Assembly: GCA_963698225.1 (NCBI GenBank)
Contig: CAVOPW010000003.1
Coordinates: 24,482 to 88,481, forward strand
From: an uncultured bacterium
GTDB taxonomy: Bacteria; Zixibacteria; MSB-5A5; CAIYYT01
DNA: 64,000 nucleotides
Direction: 5' to 3'
The notes beneath the pieces were generated by a model. It was not told the origin of the DNA. It searched no databases and worked only from the letters and a program-made list of their open reading frames with translations. Each line of letters begins with the position of its first letter. The first letter of the stretch is position 1. Made by a program: the position numbers and the translations under genes. Below, one piece after another: positions 7,550 to 18,988 of this stretch.

Positions 7550-10305
7550 TGAAGTTGCGAATATACTGGCTATTGGCAGCGTTGCTGCTTTTACCGAGCG
7601 TGGCGTCAGCCCAATTCTATTTTGGGAAGAACAAGGTTCAATACCAGCCGTTCAACTGGAAGGTGCTCTCAACACCACATTTCCGGATCTATTTTTACGA
7701 TCAAGAAGACGAACTGGCCGAGATTGCCGCTGCAGCGGCTGAAGAATCTTACAATATACTCTCAGACAAGTTCAATCACCATATCTTCCGCAAAATACCG
7801 CTAATCATCTACAGCGCGCCGACATTCTTCACGCAAACCAACGTGACGCCGACTTTGTTGCCGGAGAGCGTCGCCGGGTTTACCGAGTTTTTTAAGGGGC
7901 GGATGGTGGTGCCGTTTAGCGGTTCAATATCGGATTTTCAGCGGGTGATCAGACACGAGTTGGTGCATGTCTTCACATATGACAAGATTCCATCGGTAAT
8001 GTCACAGCATCGCAAGCTAAGCCTGTATGGTCCGCCGTTGTGGTTCACCGAAGGTCTGGCCGAATTTTGGTCGCGGGAGTGGGATTCAGAAGCTGACATG
8101 GTGATGGCGGATATGGCTCTCGAGGGGAATCTCCGTCCGATCCATGAGTTGGAGTACTTGTCGGGCACCTTCTTTATGTACAAGTATGGCGAATCGTTCT
8201 GCCATTTTGTCGCGGAGAGTTACGGAGAAGACAAGCTGCAAGTCATGTTCGACAATTGGTGGAAGACCAAGACATTCCGGCAGTTGTTCAAGCTGACCAT
8301 TGGCAAGTCACTGGAAGAGGTTGGAGCGGAATGGGTTTATCATCTGAAGAAGCGATACTTCCCGACGTTGGAGGATAGCGATCTCCCGGCCCGCGTTGCT
8401 ACGCCTTTGGCGGAGAAGCTTTTCGCGGTCAAGCCACTACCCTTGAGCATTACCTACCGCGGCGCCTCGGACTGGATTGCCTACAAGGCGAATAAGCTGG
8501 GATATTCCGGGCTGTATATGCGTTCGCCGTCGACTAATCAAGAGGTGACGCTGATCAAGGGAGAGCGTTCGCCGGCATTTGAATCGCTGCATTTGCTGCA
8601 GTCGAAGATCTCCGGTACTGACGATGGCCGCATCGTTTTTGTATCGAAGCGTTATGAGCGAGATGTCCTTTATGTCTACGATATTTTTCAGGCGAAGATT
8701 ACGGAGATTTTCGAATTTCCGCGTCTCTATCAGCTACTATCTCCGACCTGGTCGCCGGATGGCCGGAGCATTGTGTTTTCCGGCGCATCAGTGCGCGGTT
8801 ACCACGATCTCTACTTGTTTTCCGTCGTTGACTCGTCGCTCCGCCGATTGACGGATGACATCTACTTTGATACCGAGCCGGTGATTGACCAAGACGGCAA
8901 CATCGTGTTCTCCTCGGATCGCTGCAGTTTCGGCTATGCCGGCTACACAAACCTTTTTCGCTTATCCGCTGTTGATTCGACCATCACGCCTTTGACCTAC
9001 GGCCGGTTCAACGACCGCGCGCCGTTTGTATCCGATGCGGGGATTTTGTTTTCGTCCGACCGCGAAGGCGTAACAAATACCTACCTGTTGAAGCCGGGCG
9101 GAGGTCTTTACCGTGCCAGTAATTTTGCGACCGGTGCCTTTGATCCGTGCCTGCACGAGGGGAAATTGGTGTTTTCCGGCTACCAGAGATTCGGATTTAG
9201 CTTGTTTGCGTCGACGCTGGATACATCAAGCTTGCAGGCGGTTGAAGTCGAACCACCGCAATATACCCTGTGGAGTCCGGCCCGTTTGACCGGTGATGAG
9301 GAAACGGGAGTTGTCGATTACGCCAATGAGTTCTCGTTTGATGTTGCACAGTCCGCGATTTCCTACGACGCGGTATTCGGCACAATTGGCGGTTTTCAAG
9401 CAGTATTTTCGGACATGCTCGGGAATCAAATGTACTATGTGCTGCTTTCAAATTCGGCCAGCGAGAAGAGCCAGTTACTTGAATCATTCAATGTCGGCGT
9501 GACCTACATCAACAAGAGCCACCGGATCAATTACGGGATAGGCGCCTACCACCTTTATGACGAGCACTTCGATGACTATGAGGGGTATTACTCGGAGCGG
9601 CAGAGCGGAGCACAGGGCTTGGTGTCGTATCCGATCTCCAAGTTTTCTCGCGTGGAGACATCGATGTTTCTGCGGCATTCATTTAAGAAACGGCCGCTTT
9701 TCCAGGATGAGCGCCACGCCGTGCTCGCAACAAACTATGCTTCGATCATTCATGACAATTCACTGTGGGATATATCCGGGCCGCTGGACGGAATTCGCGT
9801 CAATGCCACAGTCGGGCTGACCACAGACTTCTACTCCGGGCAGCTCTTTAACCGCCTCGCCTTTGTTGATCTGCGAAACTACCTGCGGATTCGCAAGTAT
9901 TCAGCCTTTGCTACCCGGGCATTCGGTTTTGTCTCTGCCGGCGAAGAACCGCAACGGATTTATCTTGGTGGAAGCTGGTCGCTGCGTGGATATGACCGGC
10001 AAGAGTTCTATGCGCGCAAGGTCCTGCTGTTCTCCAATGAATTGCGGTTTCCGCTCATCGACAACCTGTTTATTGGATTTCCATTCGGGCCCGTTGGGTT
10101 TCAGGCGATTCGGGGTGCCCTGTTTTTCGATGCAGGTTCGGCATGGAACGAAGAGTTCGACCGATTTTACGGGTCTTTTGGATTCGGTGCGCGTGTCGCT
10201 TTGGGATACATGGCCGTGTTAAGATTCGACTTCTCCAAGAAAACGAATTTTGAGAAGCTCGAGCCGGGCATGAAATTTGACTTCTTTTTTGGATGGAATT
10301 TCTAA
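7546..10305 (+). CDS. Outer-membrane protein with an N-terminal peptidase-MA-like (HExxH...EGLAE) domain, TolB-like WD40/beta-propeller repeats and a C-terminal beta-barrel
   Basis: Signal peptide MMKLRIYWLLAALLLLPSVASA. HELVHVF and FTEGLAEFW resemble the Peptidase_MA_2 zinc site. SPTWSPDGRSIVFS / DQDGNIVFSSDR are TolB-type propeller blades. The C-terminus ...KFDFFFGWNF ends in an aromatic residue, the typical OMP beta-barrel signature. Confidence 0.7.
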   Translation: MMKLRIYWLLAALLLLPSVASAQFYFGKNKVQYQPFNWKVLSTPHFRIYFYDQEDELAEIAAAAAEESYNILSDKFNHHIFRKIPLIIYSAPTFFTQTNVTPTLLPESVAGFTEFFKGRMVVPFSGSISDFQRVIRHELVHVFTYDKIPSVMSQHRKLSLYGPPLWFTEGLAEFWSREWDSEADMVMADMALEGNLRPIHELEYLSGTFFMYKYGESFCHFVAESYGEDKLQVMFDNWWKTKTFRQLFKLTIGKSLEEVGAEWVYHLKKRYFPTLEDSDLPARVATPLAEKLFAVKPLPLSITYRGASDWIAYKANKLGYSGLYMRSPSTNQEVTLIKGERSPAFESLHLLQSKISGTDDGRIVFVSKRYERDVLYVYDIFQAKITEIFEFPRLYQLLSPTWSPDGRSIVFSGASVRGYHDLYLFSVVDSSLRRLTDDIYFDTEPVIDQDGNIVFSSDRCSFGYAGYTNLFRLSAVDSTITPLTYGRFNDRAPFVSDAGILFSSDREGVTNTYLLKPGGGLYRASNFATGAFDPCLHEGKLVFSGYQRFGFSLFASTLDTSSLQAVEVEPPQYTLWSPARLTGDEETGVVDYANEFSFDVAQSAISYDAVFGTIGGFQAVFSDMLGNQMYYVLLSNSASEKSQLLESFNVGVTYINKSHRINYGIGAYHLYDEHFDDYEGYYSERQSGAQGLVSYPISKFSRVETSMFLRHSFKKRPLFQDERHAVLATNYASIIHDNSLWDISGPLDGIRVNATVGLTTDFYSGQLFNRLAFVDLRNYLRIRKYSAFATRAFGFVSAGEEPQRIYLGGSWSLRGYDRQEFYARKVLLFSNELRFPLIDNLFIGFPFGPVGFQAIRGALFFDAGSAWNEEFDRFYGSFGFGARVALGYMAVLRFDFSKKTNFEKLEPGMKFDFFFGWNF

Positions 10306-10326
10306 GCCTAGCGCCATCTAATTGTA

Positions 10327-10905
10327 TTGCCGTCCGCCATCAAAATATCTTATGCTCATCCTATGATCAAGACTCCTGATTCGGGCACAGCAGTGAACAT
10401 TCGCGGCAATCGCGTCGTCATAAGCATTGTGCTTGTCATGGGGATAGCGGCCTTGCTGACGATATTGTTCAAGCCGAGCCCGATGTCGTCGATCGAAGTC
10501 GCGAGGCAGAAGCAGTTGCTGGTCTACCAGAACTTAGACAGCACACCGGCCGGGCAGTTGAAGCTATTGCCGCAAGACAGGCTCGACGCTTATATCGAAA
10601 TGCTTAATTACATTCTGCGAATGAGGGATTCATTGAATGTCGCAAGTCGGTCAGAGGTGGTTGTCGGCGGATCCGAGTACAGCATCGATGAAGCCAATCA
10701 GAAATTAGTGATTACCGCACTGTCGCAGCGGGAAGCGGCAGCGCGGGCCAAAGCACTGCAAGTAGTTGGAGCTATCTTGACACCAATGGTAGACAGTTTG
10801 TATGACTTGGTGCATCAGCCGATGCCGATGTTTCCGCAGGATTCAACTGTGATTCGCGAGAGAAATCTAAAGTTTGAGAGGTACAGTGCAGAGATCTTTC
10901 AATAG
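10327..10905 (+). CDS. Hypothetical bitopic membrane protein
   Basis: One TM helix (VVISIVLVMGIAALLTILF). The start is ambiguous (ATG at 10327 or 10363). The 3' end overlaps the next gene by about 30 nt. No recognisable domain. Confidence 0.4.
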   Translation: MPSAIKISYAHPMIKTPDSGTAVNIRGNRVVISIVLVMGIAALLTILFKPSPMSSIEVARQKQLLVYQNLDSTPAGQLKLLPQDRLDAYIEMLNYILRMRDSLNVASRSEVVVGGSEYSIDEANQKLVITALSQREAAARAKALQVVGAILTPMVDSLYDLVHQPMPMFPQDSTVIRERNLKFERYSAEIFQ

Positions 10906-12037
10906 GCTCGTACCGATTCTGCTTGGCGCGCTCCTTATATGCGGGTGTGCACCGTCGTTCAAAAAGTTCCGGCAGGTGGAGTCTTCGAGCAGTGGATTCA
11001 TCCAGCATCGAGTCAACGCCAACGGGAATGCTATCCTGTCGACCGAACCCCTGGTGTTCAACCGGCAGGTGTTTGAGCGCAAACTCAACTCGGGAATTAG
11101 CGCGCAAGTAGTCGGGAACTCGCAATATCTGGTCGTCCCGACTTTCAATAAGCGAATCTATTTCCTCGATCCGCTGACCGGAACTGAACTGACATCGCTG
11201 GTGACCGAGTCTGCGGTCGGATCGGCGGTAGCGCTGCAATCCGAGCTGGCTTATTACGCCGAAGAAGCTGGTGGCGACCGCCTGGTTTGCCTTAACTTGG
11301 TCAACGGCAAGACTGTTTGGCAGCGCCGGCTCAAAGATTCTCCAGGAGCGCCAATCATCGATGGCAGTCAAGTCTTCATCGGATCGCGTGACGGGAACAT
11401 TTTCTGCCTGGATCGCTGGACCGGCGACAGTATTTGGGTGTATGCCTCCAAGCGGTCATATTACTCGACGGTGTCGGTTGATTCGGCGCTGGTTGTCTTT
11501 GGAACGGATGCCGGTGAGATCATCGCCCTGGATCGAGAGAACGGGAAAAAGCTCTGGGCCTTTCAGACTCATGGAGCGATCTATGCCCAGGCGTTGATCG
11601 AGGGGCTGATCTATTGCGGTTCCGCCGATGGATCGCTTTATGCGCTGAGGCGCACGAACGGCGAACTCGTCTGGAAGTTTGAAACTACGGGTCAGATTCA
11701 GACGACGCCGGTCCGCCTTGAAAACCGGATTGTATTCGGAAGTGACGACAGAACGGTGTACTGTCTCGATGCTGTTGACGGAGGCGTTCTCTGGAAGTAC
11801 GAAACGAACGGAATTATTCATGCATCGCCTGTTGGCATTGGGAGGACCATTGTCGTCGCAAACAGTGCTGGCAGCGTTTATCAGTTTGGTCTCGATGGAA
11901 CGAACCTGAGCGAGTTACAGGTACGCGGTTCGGTTGAGGCGACACCGGCCTGCGTTAACGAGATGCTTTACATTGTTACTACCCAGAGGCGAGTCTACGC
12001 ATTTGCAGCCTCGCCCGATACTGCCACTGTGCCATAA
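10874..12037 (+). CDS. PQQ-like beta-propeller repeat lipoprotein (BamB-like)
   Basis: N-terminal LLGALLICGC lipobox-like signal. Repeated [GS]xDGxLYALDxxxGxxxW blades (IFCLDRWTGDSIW, IIALDRENGKKLW, LYALRRTNGELVW, VYCLDAVDGGVLW) are typical of the PQQ/BamB family. Confidence 0.75.
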   Translation: MRGTVQRSFNRLVPILLGALLICGCAPSFKKFRQVESSSSGFIQHRVNANGNAILSTEPLVFNRQVFERKLNSGISAQVVGNSQYLVVPTFNKRIYFLDPLTGTELTSLVTESAVGSAVALQSELAYYAEEAGGDRLVCLNLVNGKTVWQRRLKDSPGAPIIDGSQVFIGSRDGNIFCLDRWTGDSIWVYASKRSYYSTVSVDSALVVFGTDAGEIIALDRENGKKLWAFQTHGAIYAQALIEGLIYCGSADGSLYALRRTNGELVWKFETTGQIQTTPVRLENRIVFGSDDRTVYCLDAVDGGVLWKYETNGIIHASPVGIGRTIVVANSAGSVYQFGLDGTNLSELQVRGSVEATPACVNEMLYIVTTQRRVYAFAASPDTATVP

Positions 12038-12069
12038 CAACTCTGCCTACTTGGCGCGAATCCTGCCGT

Positions 12070-12088
12070 CTTGGCAATTTGTCTGCTG
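12070..12088 (+). promoter_or_regulatory. Candidate sigma54 (-24/-12) element (TGGCAA-N-TTTGTCTGCT), distal copy
   Basis: GG and GC are spaced exactly 10 nt apart (TGGCAATTTGTCTGCT), flanked by the inverted repeat CTGCCG...CGGCAG. It lies in the intergenic region upstream of hsp20. Confidence 0.3.
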
Positions 12089-12176
12089 TTTCGGCAGAAT
12101 GCCTTTCTTAACGACCAGCTTGATGTTATCACTGTAAGCCATTGACTGATAAGCGAATATAGCTCAGTCGGCAACT

Positions 12177-12195
12177 TTGGCACGCCCTCTGCTTT
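12177..12195 (+). promoter_or_regulatory. Candidate sigma54 promoter (TGGCACGCCCTCTGCTT) upstream of hsp20-dnaK
   Basis: -24 TGGCAC and -12 CTGC are present with canonical GG-N10-GC spacing. It lies about 80 nt upstream of the hsp20 ATG. No CIRCE or HAIR element is seen. Confidence 0.45.
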
Positions 12196-12273
12196 GTGTT
12201 AGGCTGTCGGCAATGAGGCTGACAGAGGAAATGAAAGATACATCAACTAAGCAATAGCAGAGGAGGAAACAAT

Positions 12274-14727
<2,454 letters not shown>

Positions 14728-14744
14728 GCAAGAAGATCGTCATG

Positions 14745-14778
14745 CAGAACCCCTCTCTGGAAACGGAGAGGGGTTTCG
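14745..14778. terminator. Bidirectional rho-independent terminator shared by convergent dnaK and the dockerin-like gene
   Basis: CCCCTCTC-tggaaacg-GAGAGGGG is a perfect 8-bp stem with T/A tracts on both sides. Confidence 0.5.
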
Positions 14779-14792
14779 GTGTCAATTTCAAC

Positions 14793-15747
14793 CTACGGGC
14801 AATGCGGTTCCGGACCGCCAAGCAAGATGTAGTTAATCAGATAGATGGCATCAGAAATGCCGACCGTGCCAGTGCCATTGGCGTCACCATTACAAATTGG
14901 TGTCGTAGGAGGGCAACCGGAGAAGATATAACAGATCAAACAGACCGCATCAGAGATTGTTATCACTCCATTACGGTCACAGTCGCCGCACAAACAATCT
15001 CTTCGCAAGTCGGGTCTCCAGGCGTTGAGATTGAGATCAAGGAACATAGGATAATGGCAGGCTGAATTCGGCGGCGCGAAGAACCCGGTCATATGTGGCG
15101 CAAGCTCGGCATATCCCACCGTCGTATAGCGCGTTTTGGCAGAAAATGGCATTTGAATCGTGAGATTACAGATGATGTAAATGCCGGGCGGAACGGAACC
15201 CTCGATGTCCGAAAGCAGAATGGTACCAGCGACAGTGTCAATCTTGACGGCAATGCCCTGATTCGGCCACGTCGAAGCCGAGAGGTCAACTGAAAGCGAC
15301 AGCGGAATCTGGCCGTCGACTCTAACAGTCAATGGAAGATCGAATGCCCGGATGCTTTCGGTCGAGGAGTTAAGGAATTCCAATGGGAAAGTCGCTGAAC
15401 TTTGATTCTGCGAAAACAACCGCTGATACAGTATCGTCATCTGATCCGTGGGTTGCGCGACGAGTTTCGGTTGGGTGACGCAATTTGCCGGCTGCATTGT
15501 TGCGCCAACGACGATATCGCGGATCGTGATCAGATCATAACCGTCGATGTCACCGCATAGGGCAGGAGCCGGACCGCCAGCATAAGAGAAAGTTGCTGAT
15601 GTAAGTGATGTCGTTGATGTTATAGGCGCCGTCACCATTGGCATCGCCGCAGACGAGGGAGTCGCAGGTGTCGGCGCGGAGATCAAGTCCAGACATAGCG
15701 ACCGCTGCGACGAGCAGCAGCGTTCTGAAAGTCAGTCGATAGTTCAT
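14793..15747 (-). CDS. Secreted dockerin-like (GDxNGDG Ca-binding repeat) protein, paralog 1. It has a frameshift at about 15589 (track ORFs 15550..15801 and 14793..15686).
   Basis: Signal peptide MNYRLTFRTLLLVAAVAMS. The N-terminus CGDANGDGAYNINDITYISNF continues in the other frame as YAGGPAPALCGDIDGYDLITIRDIV, which aligns 1:1 with paralog 2. There are further C-terminal GDANGTGTVGISDAIYLINYIL repeats. The ATG at 15747 has an AGGAG RBS. Confidence 0.6.
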
Positions 15748-15760
15748 GTGACTCTCCTGT

Positions 15761-16744
15761 TCATTGGTCAAACCAGCAACTCGGTCTAGGACCACCGGCA
15801 AAGATGTAGCCGATCAAGAAGACCGCGTCGGAGATATTAAGACTACCCGAGCCATTTGCATCCCCGAGACAAATGGGGTCTGGAAGAGGTCCACCGTGAA
15901 ATGTCGCATTTATGATGAAAACCACATCGGAGATGGAGATCACAGCATCCCCGTTTGCATCGCCACAATGGCAAGACCATCTAAAGAGTGGTTCCCAAGC
16001 AATCAGATCCTCGTTAACGAACAAAGCGTAATTGCATGCCGAGTGAGGTGGCTCAAAAAGGCCTGTCATTGTAGGTCCAAGTTCGGTTAGTTCAAGCTTC
16101 ATAACTTGATAATCTGGGGACGGCGTAACGCCGATTGTTATAGTACACAGTGTGTAGAAATCGAATCCTGTCGAACCATCGAGATCACTAAACAGAATCG
16201 TTCCAGCGACAGAGTCGATTTGTACGTTTGGGACACCACCCGGAAACGTCGAGCTGGCGGTAGAAACCGATATCGACAGCGGGATCTGACCGCCAACTCT
16301 TACGGTTAACGGAAGATTATAAGCCTTTAGTGGTTTCTGCCCCGGCATAGACCGAAAATGTACAAGGTCCAGGTTAAACTCGTGGATTGAAGCACCTGGA
16401 ACCACAGTCGCCCAATAGAACAGAAAGACTGCCGTGGGATCCGCTCGACCGTTGATTTTGGGTTGATTGATGCAAATAGGCGGCTGCATCATTGTGCCTT
16501 TAACAATGTCACGAATTGTGAACAGGTCGTAACCATCGATATCGCCACACAGGGCAGGGGCCGGTCCGCCAGCGTATAGAAAGTTGGTGATGTAAGTGAT
16601 GTCGTTGATATCGTATGTACCATTGCCGTCAGCATCACCGCAAACAAGACTGTCACAGGTGTCGGCACGGAGCCCGGCTGAATTTGTGCTTTGCCACGCA
16701 AGTACCAACAGGAACCCAAGAACAAGTTCCTTCCAAACTGTCAA
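15761..16744 (-). CDS. Secreted dockerin-like repeat protein, paralog 2
   Basis: ADTCDSLVCGDADGNGTYDINDITYITNFLYAGGPAPALCGDIDGYDLFTIRDIV, then CGDANGDAVISISDVVFIINATF and LGDANGSGSLNISDAVFLIGYIF dockerin-type repeat pairs. The likely start is TTG or GTG around 16744-16750 preceded by GGAGG. Track ORF 15761..16822 over-extends the N-terminus. Confidence 0.6.
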   Translation of the reverse strand: MTVWKELVLGFLLVLAWQSTNSAGLRADTCDSLVCGDADGNGTYDINDITYITNFLYAGGPAPALCGDIDGYDLFTIRDIVKGTMMQPPICINQPKINGRADPTAVFLFYWATVVPGASIHEFNLDLVHFRSMPGQKPLKAYNLPLTVRVGGQIPLSISVSTASSTFPGGVPNVQIDSVAGTILFSDLDGSTGFDFYTLCTITIGVTPSPDYQVMKLELTELGPTMTGLFEPPHSACNYALFVNEDLIAWEPLFRWSCHCGDANGDAVISISDVVFIINATFHGGPLPDPICLGDANGSGSLNISDAVFLIGYIFAGGPRPSCWFDQ

Positions 16745-16998
16745 ACTCACCTCCGGAACACAATGTATTATACAATAATATCCATGTTCCAGCAAGAGGT
16801 AATGCCGACGAGCTCTCGGCAAGAGCGGCCTGAACCAATGATTATCTCCAAAGAACGTCGCAGTTTCCGGTTAGCGACTCCAGATGGGAACAGGGGATGC
16901 TCAGCGTCGCGTGCTCTATTCCATGTTGTATAACAATAGGTTACGTGATGCCTTTAAACAAGAACATCATAAGGTAACATTGGGCGGCACAGTTTTAG

Positions 16999-17027
16999 TT
17001 GACAAAATTGAGTATCGCCAGTATCTA
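16999..17027 (+). promoter_or_regulatory. Candidate sigma70-type promoter for dtd-maf (TTGACA-N17-TATCTA)
   Basis: TTGACAaaattgagtatcgccagTATCTA lies about 25 nt upstream of the dtd RBS. Confidence 0.35.
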
Positions 17028-17048
17028 AGGCGCCGGTAAGGTAAACTG

Positions 17049-17501
17049 ATGAAATTGGTGCTTCAGCGTGTCGCATGGGCGCGAGTAAAAGTAAAAGATG
17101 AAGTGGTTGGTGCTATCGATAATGGAATCATGGCGTTAGTGGGGGCGACGAGAGGCGATAACGAGGCGGACGCCGAAGTTCTGGCAGACAAGACTGTAAA
17201 TCTGCGGATTTTTGCAGATGATCAAGGGAAGATGAACTTGTCGCTGCTTGACCTTGGCGGGTCGCTGTTGGCAGTCAGCCAGTTTACACTTTATGCTGAC
17301 ACACACAAAGGACGCCGCCCGGCATTTACTGATGCAATGGAGCCGGTGGAGGCCGAGAGATTGTTCGAGCGGTATAAGAGCAGAGTAGAAGCCGCTGGCG
17401 TCAGAGTTGCATCCGGTGCATTTGGCGCGCACATGGATGTCGAACTATGCAACTCCGGCCCGGTGACTATCATTTTGAATTCCGACGAGATGAGAAAATG
17501 A
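17049..17501 (+). CDS. dtd: D-aminoacyl-tRNA deacylase
   Basis: MKLVLQRV...SQFTLYAD...NSGPVTI are Dtd hallmarks, and the length is about 150 aa. Confidence 0.9.
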   Translation: MKLVLQRVAWARVKVKDEVVGAIDNGIMALVGATRGDNEADAEVLADKTVNLRIFADDQGKMNLSLLDLGGSLLAVSQFTLYADTHKGRRPAFTDAMEPVEAERLFERYKSRVEAAGVRVASGAFGAHMDVELCNSGPVTIILNSDEMRK

Positions 17502-18124
17502 CAGATATGACGATAGAAAAACGATTTGTCCTTGATGTAGACGAAGAGATTAGAGCTGCACTTCAAGAGTTGCTCGGAGATGAGCAGATCGTGTTGGCAT
17601 CAGGGTCACCGCGTCGTCGAGAGATTTTGCGTCTGGCAGGAGTCAATTGCAGGATCGATCCGCCGGAAGTCGACGAGACTGTGCCGAAATTCGCAGATCC
17701 GTTAGAGTTTGCGATTCGATTAGCGAAGGCCAAGTTGGACGCGACTTCAATAACCGATCAACTGACTGTAGCGGCCGACACCATTGTCGTGTTGGGAAAT
17801 GTGATCTTAGGAAAACCGGTCGATGAAGCGGATGCGCGGCAGATGTTGCGTACGCTCTCGGGGCAACGGCACTATGTTCTGACGGCGTTGGCTGTGCGGG
17901 ACGGCGACAAGCGAAACATTGCTGAAGCCGACAAGACTTATGTGAAATTTCGTCGACTGGATGAGGCTGCGATTTGTTCGTACGTTGATTCGAAGGAGCC
18001 GATGGATAAGGCGGGCGCTTATGGAATTCAAGGCATGGGAGAACTGCTGGTGGAGAGATCTTGAGGGCAGCCTGCACAACGTGATAGGTTTTCCCATTGA
18101 GATGTTCGTCCGGATGATGCGGGA
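17498..18124 (+). CDS. maf: Maf-like nucleoside triphosphate pyrophosphatase, with a frameshift near 18050-18062 in this assembly
   Basis: LASGSPRRREIL...KAGAYGIQGMGELLVER then stops. The next frame continues LEGSLHNVIGFPIEMFVRMMRELRT*, matching the Maf C-terminus (IEGxYxNVVGLP). The ATGA overlap with dtd suggests an operon. Confidence 0.8.
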
Positions 18125-18133
18125 GTTAAGAAC

Positions 18134-18988
18134 GTGACATTTGAGTTTGGATCAGACGAGAATATTAAATCATTGGGCGACTTTCTTCGCCGTCGGCGCC
18201 AAGACCGAGATTTGTCTCTGGAAGATGTCGCTGAGAAGACCAAGATCCATGTAAGATATCTAACAGCGATCGAAGAGGACAAGGATGCGGACTTGCCGGG
18301 CCAAGTTTATAAGGAGCTCTTTCTAAAATCGTACTGCGACTTCCTGGGCGTTTCGATTGACGAACTCTTACTGCGACTTCCGGAACGGGAGCCGCTGCCT
18401 CCGGAGGAAGAGGGTGCAGAACCGCCGCCGCCGGCAAAGCGTCCGCAGTATTCGCCATCGCCTGCGGCCCCGTCGGAGTTGGCGGCTCAAAAGAATGGCA
18501 GCGGGCGTAGATTTCTGGTTGCGACTTTGTCAGTTTTGATTATAGTTTTGGCGATAGTTGCCGTGCAGATTTACCGGGGCGAGTTATTCAATGAGCCCCA
18601 GCTTCCGGCGCCCGTAGCTCCGGCGAAAAAGCCCGAACTGAAACCAGAGCCGATCATTGCCGACTCATCCGGAGCCGATACTTTGAGTTCGGTGCCGGCC
18701 AGACAAGAAATGATAAACCTGCTGATGGTGGGACGAGGGGAATGCTGGATCGAGGTCAGTATCGACGGCGACAGCAGTTTTTCAGAAATCATGAAGCCGC
18801 AGGATACGTTGTGGCTTGCGATGCAGGATAGTATCTCGTTTAAACTCGGGCGCGCGAACAATGTTGATGTCTGGTGTAATGCGCTGCCGTTGGCTTTGAC
18901 CGCAGCCGACGATGGTACGGTAAGGACATTTACTTTGACGCGCAGTAATTACAGGAATTTTGTCGACAGTGCGAGGATTGTGCCTTGA
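18134..18988 (+). CDS. rodZ: RodZ-like cytoskeleton protein (HTH_XRE, Pro-rich linker, TM, C-terminal DUF4115-like)
   Basis: N-terminal HTH (LGDFLRRRRQDRDLSLEDVAEKTKIHVRYLTAIE), a Pro-rich segment, a single TM (FLVATLSVLIIVLAIVAV) and a C-terminal beta domain. GTG start. Confidence 0.7.
   Translation: MTFEFGSDENIKSLGDFLRRRRQDRDLSLEDVAEKTKIHVRYLTAIEEDKDADLPGQVYKELFLKSYCDFLGVSIDELLLRLPEREPLPPEEEGAEPPPPAKRPQYSPSPAAPSELAAQKNGSGRRFLVATLSVLIIVLAIVAVQIYRGELFNEPQLPAPVAPAKKPELKPEPIIADSSGADTLSSVPARQEMINLLMVGRGECWIEVSIDGDSSFSEIMKPQDTLWLAMQDSISFKLGRANNVDVWCNALPLALTAADDGTVRTFTLTRSNYRNFVDSARIVP

Noticed and set aside
12148-12172. tRNA-like D-arm sequence (TATAGCTCAGTCGGCAAC) in the hsp20 upstream region
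   Set aside because: Only the D-loop-like segment is present. There is no acceptor stem pairing, anticodon arm or GTTCGAATC-type T-loop, and it overlaps the proposed sigma54 element. It is most likely a chance match.
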